A stretch of 64,000 nt of DNA from Sphyrna mokarran (lineage: Eukaryota): contig JAGIQG010000014.1 of assembly GCA_024679065.1 (NCBI GenBank), positions 76,012,001-76,076,000 of the forward strand. Direction: 5' to 3'. Below, piece by piece: positions 1 through 11,410 of this stretch. Every line of letters starts with the position of its first letter. Position 1 is the stretch's first letter. The notes under the pieces are model-generated. The model saw nothing but the letters and a program-made list of their open reading frames with translations, searched no databases and was not told the DNA's origin. A program made the position numbers and the translations under genes.

Positions 1-1325
1 AAGATTCGGGACAAAATGGGCAGGTACAATGTCAAATTTCAAAGAAACTTCCTTTTAAGTTAAATTCTTCTTTGAAGAATTATTATGAATTACTTGTTCA
101 ACATCCGCTGGACCGTGAAAATGCCTCCCACTATGATGTCACTATAACATGCACGGATGCAGGAAATCCTCCTCTGACATCCAAAAAAACCATTCGGGTA
201 GAAGTTTCAGATATAAATGACAATGCCCCACGGTTCAGCAAGTCCCGATACACAGCAATCGTCATGGAAAACAATATTATTGGCGCTTCCATATTTTCTA
301 TTACAGCCTTTGACCCAGATGTTGGACAGAATGCACGACTTAAATACTCCATCTTGGAGACACAAGTTGAGAATGTCACGGTGTTAACTTATATCGCTAT
401 TAACTCGGAGACTGGAGTTATTACCGCTCAGAGATCATTTGACTACGAGAAACTGAAAAACTTTCAGACCCGCGTTCACGTAATCGACTTTGGAAGCCCA
501 CCACTCTCCAGTAATGCCACAGTGAATGTTATTATCCTTGATCAGAATGACAATGTTCCAATGATCGTGCACCCAGTAGCCGAGTATGGCTCCACGGTAA
601 CAGAGACAATTTCCAGGTTTGCAGAACCAGGCTATTTAGTTGCTAAGGTATCGGCCACTGATGCTGACGCAGGGCAGAATTCTCGCCTTTCTTATTCCAT
701 CTTCCAGGCTACTCAGCATAACCTTTTTACTATTTCACCAGACACTGGGGAAATTTGGACGATCCGCCGTATTGAGAATAAAGATGCCTCTAAGCAAAGG
801 CTGGTGATTGTGGTAAAAGACAATGGAACACCATCGCTTTCTGCCACAGTGACCATCATCTTATCTGTGGTAGGTGGTGACACTGAAGCTTTTTCCAGCG
901 TCAGTGGATTGTCTGAAGACCCAGGGTTCACTCCTGATCTGAGCTTTTCCTTGGTCGTAGCATTAGGAGTAATTTCTACCATTTTTCTGATTATTTTAAT
1001 TATCCTAGCTGTGAAAGTTCATCAAAGCAGAAATGCGTTTGGAGGTCAAGCCTGTTCACTGGGTGTTTGTTGCTGCTTTGAAACAAGACACTCTCTAAAT
1101 GGAATTCAAAAGGCCAGCAGAAATCTTCAGATACCACCCAACTACGTTGAGGTATTCGGGGGTGATCCACTTTCTCAAAGTTTCCGCTATGAGTCATGTT
1201 CAACATTGCAGTCAACAAAAAGAGACTTCACAGCTGCTAGCACAGGCAAGCCATTGACAGACAAGAATTATGTCCAGACAGACTCTGTGAGGAAAGAAAA
1301 GTATATGAAGGTTGCAAACATCGAG
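1..1325 (+). CDS. g1: clustered protocadherin variable exon, 5'-truncated by window edge (EC4 part, EC5, EC6, TM, variable cytoplasmic domain)
   Basis: Frame is open from position 3 (DSGQNGQVQC...) into ORF 72..1415. Cadherin motifs LDRE, DINDNAP, DQNDNVP; hydrophobic TM; GAG|GTGAGG donor at 1325/1326, phase 0. The unspliced frame continues to the stop at 1415. Confidence 0.93.
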
Positions 1326-3302
1326 GTGAGGTGCGATTACAAAGTGAATAGTATCTTCCCACATCTCCTTTGGGTGTACGGAAGATTTTGGGGGAACACG
1401 AGTATGTTTAATTGAATAGGATGGATGTATTATCTTTATTGGGTTTCGTGCCGTTTTCTGAAATATTTCTATTTCCTGTCAGCAACTATTTGTCACTGCT
1501 ACCGGAGGGTATCTTACAGTTTATCGGTGCATTGTTTTGTGCTTATTTATAAGCCATTGTCAATCCCAGGTTCTCGTTTGTTCTGGATGCTCATGTCACC
1601 TATTGGCGCTGTTCAAATCTCTGAGAATTTATCTAAATGGAAGGGAAAATTGACTTTGCACCAGATGCTGTATACGTCTAGATGTGATTGTCCTTTGAGG
1701 AACTCTGTGAAGTCACGAAACAGTACACATATTGATTTATTGATAATGTCACAATTATACATTGCTTTTGTAACACAGGGGCTCAATATCATTGTATTCA
1801 GCGTATTTGTTCTTTTGTCGTATTATCAGAGCGTCTCTCTGACTGTAGGACCATTTCAAATTGACCATCTAATCCTATATCATTGCTAACGAAGACCTTC
1901 AATGGACTGTTGACAGTAGTCCTGCAGTGAAAATGCTCCTGGCTGTTTATGGCAGATTTGCATGATGCGTGGAAGCTTGGAGGGCAGAAAGGGGTGTTGT
2001 GTGTTCCCATGGTGTAGTTTTCTTTGTTCTTGACTCTTTATTATCTAGTTCAAATGAAATTTGGCCTGGTGTCAGAAGCCTAAGACGATTTTCTGGCAAC
2101 AGAAGAGAATCTGATCAATTTGGGATGGTCCAACATCCTAAAACACCCTGTTATTAATTGGTTTGAACTGCTAACCTGAGACTATGACAAATAGGATCCA
2201 AACAGTTGTACAGTGTCTAGCTCAAATTCCGAGTGCATTGTTGAGGAAACTATCTTTAACTGCACAGTTGTGTGCATGATCAGAATTCCTCTCAAGATAC
2301 TTACATTTGCGCATTTAGAGTGTGTGTCAGCACTTCCCATGCATTTAAATTTACAAAGTTACGGGGTATATCCCTGGTGTATTATTCGTGGATCCTTTCT
2401 CAGATGCCAACGTTTCAGGATATTTGTAAATCATATATAATTACTTGTTTCAGTGATGTACAATCTATGAGTAACTTGTCATGTCAAAGAAACTCGGTTA
2501 CTTCCAGACATATATTTAACAATAATAAAATAAACTATTTATATTACGTTAAGATATCAAAAATATTTAATGTGGACTAAATTATGCTAATGGGATAGGA
2601 TCCGGTGTCAATTGTAAGGAAAAAAATGGAATGATGATTCATTGACAGTGGGAGGAACTTAGCAATGAGAACGAGGTAGTAATGGAGAAAATTCAAGATT
2701 GAGAAGTACTTCAAAGTTAGTGGTTTCGAGGCTTGGAAATTTGTTTTGCAAATTATTATATGGCCAATCCTGGTGTATGGTCTGTATTATTGATCTGTGT
2801 GCGTGTTCTGATGTAGAAGTTGAAATATGACAAAATGGAATTTGGTATCCGGATTAGGTGTTTTCAAATAGTTCAAGAAATTTCACATCTGTTACACGTT
2901 AGAACAGAGATGCCAGAATTTCTGTACGTAGGCTTTAAAGTACTGCGCTCCTGAGATGAAACTGGCAACAACAAATTATGTAACTGGAGTATAAGATTAG
3001 TGGGAGCTAAATTTGCTGGAAATTCATTCAAAGTTCGAGATTTGAGCACTTATTATTCACAGGATACTGAAATGGGTGTTGCCTAGTATGGAAATTATTG
3101 GAATTCCAGAAAATATTCCAGTTAGATGACTGGCAGGAAGCCTGGAACAGAAGTTGAAGATTTTGAAATTGTCAGTGCAATAATCCCCAACATTTTATTC
3201 TGTAGCAGAGAGAAGAAGTAATTGAGACTTCCTTTGGTGATAATTAACAGCTCTTTGGAAATTGAAACTATAATAGAATCATTCTACTGAGCTAATGGGA
3301 AT

Positions 3303-4265
3303 GTAGAAAATAGGAGCAGGTCAATCAGTCCTTCCAGGCTTCTCCATCACGATCAAGGATGATCCTCTGTCTAAAACCCATAATATCGTGTTCTCCCGAT
3401 AGCCTTGATACCTTATAGATTCTGGAAAGTTACATTTTTTCCTTGCTAAATATATTCAGTGACTTAAACTCTAAAGCCATCAGTCGTACAGAATTCCATG
3501 GGCTCACCACCCTCTGAATGAAAAAGTTGCTCCTCATCTCTATCCTATGAGGTCTATCCCATATCTTAAAATTGTGGCCAGCATAGTGCCAAAGGGCTCA
3601 CAGCTGCAGTTCAATTCTGAACTTGGGTGACTGTGTGGAGCTGTAGGTTCTCCCTTTGTCTGCATAATTTTCTTCTGGGAGCTCTGGTTTCCCCCTACAA
3701 TCCAAACATTTGCATGTTCGGTGTATTAACCGATGTTTGGTGGATTGGTAATACTAAATTATCATTTAGTGTCCCAAAATGTGTGAATTAAGAAAGTAGT
3801 GCGATGAATATGTGAGGTTGCGGTGATAGTTTAGACGGTTGGCTGTGGGTATGATTCTCTGCTGGAGAGTCGTTCGGACTTGATGGATCACATCTCGTTC
3901 TTTTGCACTATAGTGATTCTATGATTGTTCTTGACCTCCCAAACAGAAGAAATATCATCCATGCACCCTGTTCCTCCTATCCCTGTCAGATTGGTCGCCG
4001 TTTCAATTAGATCCCTTCTCGTGCTCCTAACCTGTGATTACTGGCCTAGTCGACGCAACCTCTCCCCATGCGATGATACTTCAGTCTGGTGAATATTGGA
4101 TGCGCTCCCTGGATGGCATGTGAGGAGACCAAATCGACACATTGTTCTCCAGATGCAGCCTCACCGGGATCCTACACAGCTGCAGTAAGAAATCCGTCGC
4201 CGTTATTCAAAACTTCTCCCATCGTGGGTCAACATACCAATTGCCTTCGTGACTGAATGCTGCTT
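3303..4265 (-). mobile_element. Old degenerate CR1-type LINE 3' fragment, interrupted by a V-SINE at ~3580-3927
   Basis: Reverse-complement similarity to the CR1 ORF2 end and 3' UTR (gaattccatgggctcaccaccctctgaatgaaaaag; ggagaccaaatcgacacattgttctccagatgc). Confidence 0.65.
3580..3927 (+). mobile_element. V-SINE (HE1-like) with CR1-type tail
   Basis: V-domain gtgtggagctgtaggttctccctttgtctgcat...ctctggtttcccc; tail gattctatgatt. Confidence 0.7.
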
Positions 4266-4646
4266 CAAAATTAAATGAACGAGACCAACGAGTTACTTTG
4301 GCACAGGAGGTGCTGTTTTTTCTCGTTTCTTCCATCGTATGTTCTACAAATAATACTTAAGGTATTTGTTATAATTCGACTTTGGAGATTTTTCGGCAAA
4401 AGAGAGAAACATTGTAGAACCTGGAAATAAAATCAGGACAAAAATTTTCAATGTGCAACAATAAATCTAATTATCTGCGCTGATTTCAGAAGGTCGGATT
4501 TGAGAACGCTCTGAATACATTTGTTGCAATTCATTTCCAGTGATATTTTAGCAACGCAAGAATATGTAGAATATTGACAAAAATCTTAATTCAAATTTTA
4601 ATTGTGCAATTAAAAACAAAGCATCTCCACCGACTTCAGAACAGCC

Positions 4647-4840
4647 AGCTTTAAGAAATGAACGGTAGTTTCATTGGTTGAATTTCAACATGCATCTGTT
4701 CACCAATCAGAAGCTGAACTGTGATTAGGGATCCGGACTGCCCCCCTTCATTACCCATCCACCATCACGCACGATCAGACGCAGTGTAACGTTGAATAGC
4801 GAGCAGTTCGGCAGCATTTGTGCACGAATCCTGTGGCAGT
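4647..4840 (+). promoter_or_regulatory. Conserved variable-exon promoter block of g2
   Basis: ATTGG (4673) and CCAAT (4703) 30 bp apart, GACTGCCCC, CAGACGCAGTGTAAC ~230 bp upstream of the ATG. The same block precedes every intact exon. Confidence 0.75.
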
Positions 4841-5012
4841 TTTAAACAAAAGGAGAAGATTTAATTGAAACACTTCGCAAGCCATTCCTAAAACAATAAG
4901 GTATTTGCTACATCGCCGTTGTTTCAGGTTTAAAATATAGCGTTATAACTGTAAGAAAGATAATTGATGGTATGGACATGTTCTAAAACGAGGGGAATGT
5001 GTTCCGCTGGAA

Positions 5013-7481
5013 ATGAGATATAAAATACATTGGTTGCTAAAATGCCAATTATTTTATTGTGTATTCTCCTTGCGGAATCTAGTGTTTGGGCAGATTCATT
5101 ACTCGATTCCTGAAGAACTGCAGCTGGGCGCCTTTGTTGGGAATATCGCAGATGATTTGGGATTAGATATAAAGCAGCTCTCGGCTCGCGGTTTTCGGAT
5201 TGTACCCGGGCCCAGGAAACAATACGTGGATATAAATTTGAACACTGGCGTTTTATTTGTGAAGGAGAAAGTCGACAGGGAACAGATTTGCGGGCCTAGT
5301 TCGAGTTGTGTGATATCCTTGGACTATTTGCTTGAAAATCCCTTAAAGCTGTACCAGGTTACAGTGGAGATTCTCGATGTGAATGACAATGCTCCCAGTT
5401 TCCCAAAGAAACAAATCTCTCTGGAAATCCCAGAAATTGTTGCACCGGGAACGCGCTTTCCCCTCGAGTCCGCCCAAGATGCGGACATCGGAACAAACTC
5501 ATTGCAAACCTATCAGCTCCTTCCCAATGATTATTTTATCCTCGAATTGCAGCTGAACGACGGGGTTGAAAAATTGCCAGTATTAGTGTTACAGAGTGCC
5601 TTGGACAGGGAAACGGAATCCAGCCACACGTTAACATTGATAGCCAAGGACGGCGGGGATCCTGTCAGATCCGGCACGGCTCAAATCTCAATCATAGTGA
5701 ACGATGCAAACGACAACGCCCCTGTTTTCCCCCAGTCAGTTTACAGAACCACCCTATCGGAAACAGCACCTAGAGGAACGCGGGTAATTATATTAAATGC
5801 CACCGACTTGGACGATGGTCGAAATGGAGAAATAACGTATTCGTTCAGTAGCCACACTTCCGCTGGGGTTCGGACAATGTTTGAAGTGGATTCTAATACT
5901 GGCGAAATCAGAGTGAAAGGGAAATTGGATTACGAACAGAATAAGTCTTTCAAGATTGGCATTCAAGCAATGGACAAGGGTCCATACGCAATGTCCGGGC
6001 ACTGTGATCTATTTGTGAATATTACTGATGTGAATGATAACGCACCTGAGGTAACACTGACATCTTTGTCCAGCACAGTTTTAGAAGACGCTCCAGTTGG
6101 AACTGTTGTCGCTCTGTTCAGTGCAACAGATAAAGATTCGGGGCGAAATGGGCAGGTACAATGTCAAATTTCAAATAAACTTCCATTTGAACTCGATTCT
6201 TCTTTGAAGAATTATTATGAATTACTTGTTCAACATCCACTGGATCGTGAAAATGCCTCCAAATATGATGTCATTATATCGTGCATGGATGCAGGAAATC
6301 CTCCTTTGACATCCAAAAAAACTATTCGGGTAGAAGTTTCAGATATAAATGACAATGCCCCACGGTTTACCCAGTCTTCATACACAGCAAACGTCATGGA
6401 GAACAATGTTATTGACGCTTCTATATTTTCCATTACGGCATTTGATCCGGATGTTGGACAGAACGCTCGACTTAAATATTCTATTCTGGAGACACAAGTT
6501 GGGAATGTCTCAGTGTCCACTTACATCTCTATTAACTCGGAGACTGGGGTCATGATGGCTCAGAGATCTTTTGACTATGAGATATTGAAAAACTTTGAGT
6601 TCCAAGCTCGGGCCATGGACTCAGGAACCCCATCACTTGGAAGTAATGTCTCAGTCAATGTTATTATCCTTGATCAAAATGACAATGTTCCAGTGATCGT
6701 ACACCCATTAGCCGAGTATGGTTCCACGGTAACAGAGACAATATCCAGGTTTGCGGAACCAGGCTACTTGGTTGCTAAAGTATCGGCCACTGATGCTGAC
6801 GCCGGGCAGAACGCTCGTCTTTCTTATTCCATTTTCCAGGCTACCCAGCATAACCTCTTTACTATTTCACCAAACACTGGAGAAATTTGGACTATCCGGC
6901 GTATTGAGAATAAAGATGCTTCTAAGCAAAGGTTGGTGATTGTGGTAAAAGATAATGGAACACCAGCACTTTCTGCCACAGTGACCATCATCTTATCTAT
7001 GGTAGGTGGTGACACCGAGACAATCTCCAGCGTCAGTCGATCGTCTGAAGATCCGGGGCTTACTCCTGATTTGAGTTTTTACTTGGTCATAGCATTAGGA
7101 GTAATTTCTGGCATTTTTCTCGTGATTGCGATTATCCTAGCTGTGAAGGTTCAACAAAGCAGAAATATTTTGGGAGGTCAGCCCTGTTCCCTGGGTGTTT
7201 GTTGCTGTTTTGAAACGAGACATTCTCTGAATGGAATTCAAAAGGCCAGCAGAAATCTTCAGATACCACCCAACTATGTTGAGGTATTCGGGGGTGATCC
7301 ACTTTCTCAGAGTTTCCGCTATGAATCATGTTCAACATTGCAGTCAACAAAAAGAGATATCTTAACCCTCAACACATGCAGATTATCAACAGACAAGAAT
7401 TATCTGTGCAATGAGTCTGTGAGGAAAGAACATCAGGGAAAGATTAATTCTGAAGACTATACCAACCCTGCACATACCGAG
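5013..7481 (+). CDS. g2: clustered protocadherin variable exon (signal peptide, 6 EC repeats, TM, VCD)
   Basis: ORF 5013..7574; QIHYSIPEE N-terminus, EC1 C-x5-C, six cadherin repeats; GAG|GTGAGG donor at 7481/7482, phase 0. Confidence 0.96.
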
Positions 7482-8450
7482 GTGAGGCGCAGTTACAAAG
7501 TAAATAACATCATCTCAGATTTCCTTTGGGTAGGCAAAAAGGTTTTGATGTTCAAGAGTATGTTATTTCAATAGGATGGAAGTGATACCTGAACTAGATT
7601 ATGCAGTTTCCTACAATATTTCTATTTTCTGTCGGTATCCTTTTATTCTCCTTTGTTGTTGTTCAATGCATTTGCATTGTTTTGTTATCATGTGTAATTT
7701 ATTATCAAGCCCAGGTTAAATTTTCTTCTAGGAATCCATTTAATCTGTTCACGTTTTTTAAACCTCTTGGTATTTATTTCAGTCAAGGGGCAATTTGACG
7801 TCGCCCCAGGTGCTGTAAACTTGTAAATGTAACTATCATTTGAGGAACTGTTTCCATTTTACAGGATCGTGCAAGTACAGCACATTTCAATTGATACTAA
7901 AATCCCAGTTCCACACTGCTCCTGAAAAATACATGCTTCATTTCTGGTCGACATTTTCTCAAAGCATTAATTATTTTTTATTAAAATCAACGTGTCCCCC
8001 TTTGAATGTCGGGCCATTCCAAATTGATCAGTTAGACCTACATCATTGTTATGGAAGGCTTTCAATTGACGTTTGACAGCAAACCTGACGTGAGACTGCT
8101 CCTTTTTTTTTATGAGAGACTGGTTCATTGAAATGTGAATTGGTTTGGTGCTAGAAGTCTGAAGCTGTATTCCTCTCATGCAATAGAATCTTATCAATTT
8201 GGGGTGGTCCAATATTCTAAAGCACCCGGATGTTAATTGTTTAGAACTGCTACCCTGAGATTATAACAATTAGATTCTAATCAATTCCGCAATATTAGGC
8301 TGAAGTTCCGATTAGTTTTCAAGGAAGCTATCCTTTAACTGCACGGTTATATGCATGCTCAGTATTACTCGCAATATACTTATACTTGCACAATTAAAAT
8401 GTGTGCAATGAAGTCAAAACTTTCCTTTCATTTTAATTTAGAAAGTTGTA

Positions 8451-9385
8451 GGAGGTCTATGACCAGCATTGTGTCACATGGACCAGTGCTGGGTCCAATA
8501 ATGCTTGTGATTTGTATAAACGATTTGAATAAGAATACAGGAGGCATGGTTAATAAATCTGTGGATGACACCAAAACTGGTAATTTAATGAATCTTGGTC
8601 AACTGTACCCATGGGTCACAGAATAGCAGATGGAGCTAATTCAGATAAATGTGAGGTGTTGTATTTTAGTAGGACAAATCAGAACATATTCAGTTAATGC
8701 AAGGGCCCTGGGGATTGTTGACAGAGAGACCTAGAAATGCAGGTACGCACTTCCTTGGAAGTAGCATCAGAGGTAAATAGAGTGGTGAAGAGGGCGTTTG
8801 GCATATTTGCCCTCATCAGTTAACAGAATTAAGTACAGAGCTTGCGACATTACGTTAGAACTGCACAAGACGTTAGTAAGATTACATTTGAGTACTATGT
8901 ACATTTCTGGTCGCTCTGCTATGGAAAGAGTGCTGTTAAACTCGAAATGGTGCAAAAACGATTTACAAGGATTTTACCGGAACTGGTATGTTTGAATTAT
9001 AAGGAGAGATTGGATAGGCTGGGACTTATTTCTCTGGAGCGTAAGAGGATGAGGGGTAACCTTATAGGAGTTTGTAAAATCATAGACAACGCGAATAGCC
9101 AAAGTCTTCCCAGGATAGAGAAGTCCAAAATTAGAGGGTGTAGCTTTAAGGTGAGAGGTGAAAATTAAAAAGGGATCTGAAGTGTCACAGTTTCACACAA
9201 AGTATGTTGCGTATATGAAAGGAACTGCCAGAGGTAGATGTGGATATAAATACCACACTTAAAAGATTTTTGGACACATTCGTGGATAGGAATGGCTTGG
9301 AGGGATATGGGCTAAACACAGGCAAATGGGACCAGTTCCTTGGTTGGCATTAACAAATTGGGCTGACAGGCTTGTTTTCATACTG
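8451..9385 (+). mobile_element. Degenerate CR1 LINE ORF2 3' fragment
   Basis: Remnant translations GPVLGP...CINDL...VDDTK and KLEMVQKRFTRILP...YKERLDRLGLISLERKRMRGNLI; CR1 3' UTR. Confidence 0.85.
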
Positions 9386-9390
9386 AGGAT

Positions 9391-9779
9391 GTTGATTCAT
9401 GGGTTGCCTGGTGCTTCAGGTCGTAAATGAGTGCTTTATCTGGACCATCTAGAAGGGCACCATGACAGCTCAGTGACTATCGCTGTAGCTGTGCAGACAC
9501 TTGGAATTGGGCCGGTGTCTGCAGGAGTTTGTGCGTTCTCCCCGTGGTTGCGTGGGTTTTCTCCGGGCGCTCCGGTTTCCTCCCACATCCCAAAAAATTC
9601 GCTCTTAGGCTGATTGGGAAACAAATTGTCCCTACATTGAGACTCTTCCATATTAGGAATAACCTAAAATTAGAATAGGATACCGGAATTGTTACTATAT
9701 AGTTATGACGGCGGCGCAGGCTCGTTGGGCCGAAGGGCCTGTTTCCCGTGCTGTGTTGCTCTAAGTTCTAAGTTCTCTA
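9391..9779 (+). mobile_element. Young V-domain-bearing retroelement (5'-truncated), unique to this unit
   Basis: Absent at the paralogous sites ~18705 and ~33430; flanked by AGGAT duplication (9386-9390 / 9780-9784); (TCTAAGT)-like tandem tail. Confidence 0.85.
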
Positions 9780-10134
9780 AGGATTTCTATAAATCTAGCA
9801 CTCCATAACTACCTGACATATTCTTCACAGATTATTTCTTGAATGCTAACTTTTCACGATGTTTGTAAATTGTATCCTTTACACATTGTAGCCATGTAAT
9901 TGCTTCTCTCGGGAATACCTAGTTCTATGAGTACTTTGTCATATCAAAGAAGCATCATGAATCTTAGGGTGGCATCGAGAAATTATATAAATGTTTTATT
10001 AAGCTATGGATATATGTAATGTAAACCAAATTAAACTGGTGGGCATAGGATCCAGTACCAATAAAAGGTAGAGCTGCAATGATCATATATTGAATAGCTT
10101 TATGATCTTCGCAACGAGAAAGAGGTAGTAACAA

Positions 10135-10350
10135 TCCTTTCCAGGCCCTGTAACCCTGCTAATCCCTCTGGTCAGCTTACCACAGGCAATCAACGACCTA
10201 ACGACCAGATCTTTCAACTGTGGGAGGAAACCCTCATAGACACAGGGCAAATGTGCAAACTCCACACAGATAGTGATCCGTGGCTGGAATTGAACCCAGA
10301 TTCTTGGTGCTGTGAGGCAGCAGTGCTAACCACTGTGACTCCGTGCTACC
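10135..10350 (-). mobile_element. V-SINE, tail deleted
   Basis: Reverse-complement tRNA-like head (gtgctgtgaggcagcagtgctaaccactgtg) and V-domain (tgggaggaaacc...tgtgcaaactccacacaga). Confidence 0.8.
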
Positions 10351-10734
10351 TTCAAAGATGAAAGAGTTGCTATATGTGTCGTTTTCAAACTGTGGAGCAC
10401 CACAAATGAAATTGACAATAATAAAATATTGAACTTGAGTGTAAGATAGAGAGTGCTGAACATACAATTCTGTTTGTTCATGCAAGGTTCGAGATTAGAA
10501 CACTTATTCATAGAATGTTGAGGTTTGTGCTGCAGAGTATAGAGATTGTATTAGATCTAAAAACGTTTTAAGATGACTTGATTGATGCCTGGAAGAGGAT
10601 TTTAGAATTGCCACTACAATAATACCCAGTGTTTAATTGTAACGAGAGCAAGGAAAAAGTGCAGACGCGGTGATAGTTAGCAGTTCCTTGGGAATAGAAG
10701 CCCATAACAGAATCATCGTGCTTGGATAATATCG

Positions 10735-11410
10735 GGATACAAAATAGGACCACGGCGGATCAATTATCTCAACACCTTACCCAGAGCTCTCCCCATGCTT
10801 CTTGATGCCTTCCGATTCTAGAAGCCTATATTTTGCCTTCTTAAATATATTCAGCGACTTAGCACGCAAAGCTTTCTTCGGTAGAAACTTCCACAGGTTT
10901 GCCACCCTCCCAATGAAGAACTTTCTCCTCATCCCAATTCTAAATGGTCTACTCCATAACTTGAGACTGTGGCCTTGGTCTAGATTCACCCCCACCTCCA
11001 CGTTCCCCCTCCCCTCGCCTCCACCCCTTCCATACCACGTCTCTCCCCCACCTCCCCCCCACAACATTCGCTAAATCCAACAAAAGGATCATCAACCATG
11101 CACCCATTCTTCCTACCACTGTAACATTGTGGTACAATTCAATAAGATCCACTCTCATCGTTCTGAATTGCAAAGAATATAGGATTAGTTGGCCCAATAT
11201 CTTCTCGTATGCAGGTACCTCCTTCCCAAGAATTTGTCTATTGAACATTTGCTGCACTCCCTCGATGGTATGTATATAATATTCCATCGGTAAGAAGACA
11301 AAAAATACATGCCATATGGCAAGTGTAGTGTCGCCAAAGCCCTGTCTAGCTGCAGGGAGAAAACCTTTCTCCTGTACTCATGTTCGCCTGCAATGAAGAC
11401 CAACATGATG
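10735..11410 (-). mobile_element. Old CR1 LINE 3' fragment
   Basis: Minus-strand ORF remnants GHSLKLWSRPFRIGMRRKFF...RVANLW and YEKILGQLILYSLQFRTMRVDLIE. Confidence 0.75.

Noticed and set aside
5013-7574. Calling the genes PCDH10 or giving alpha/gamma symbols
   Set aside because: Tandem single large exons with individual promoters and phase-0 donors indicate clustered variable exons; orthology needs constant exons and phylogeny.
10270-10350. tRNA-like sequences at SINE heads
   Set aside because: Degenerate SINE heads joined to V-domains; no complete cloverleaf.
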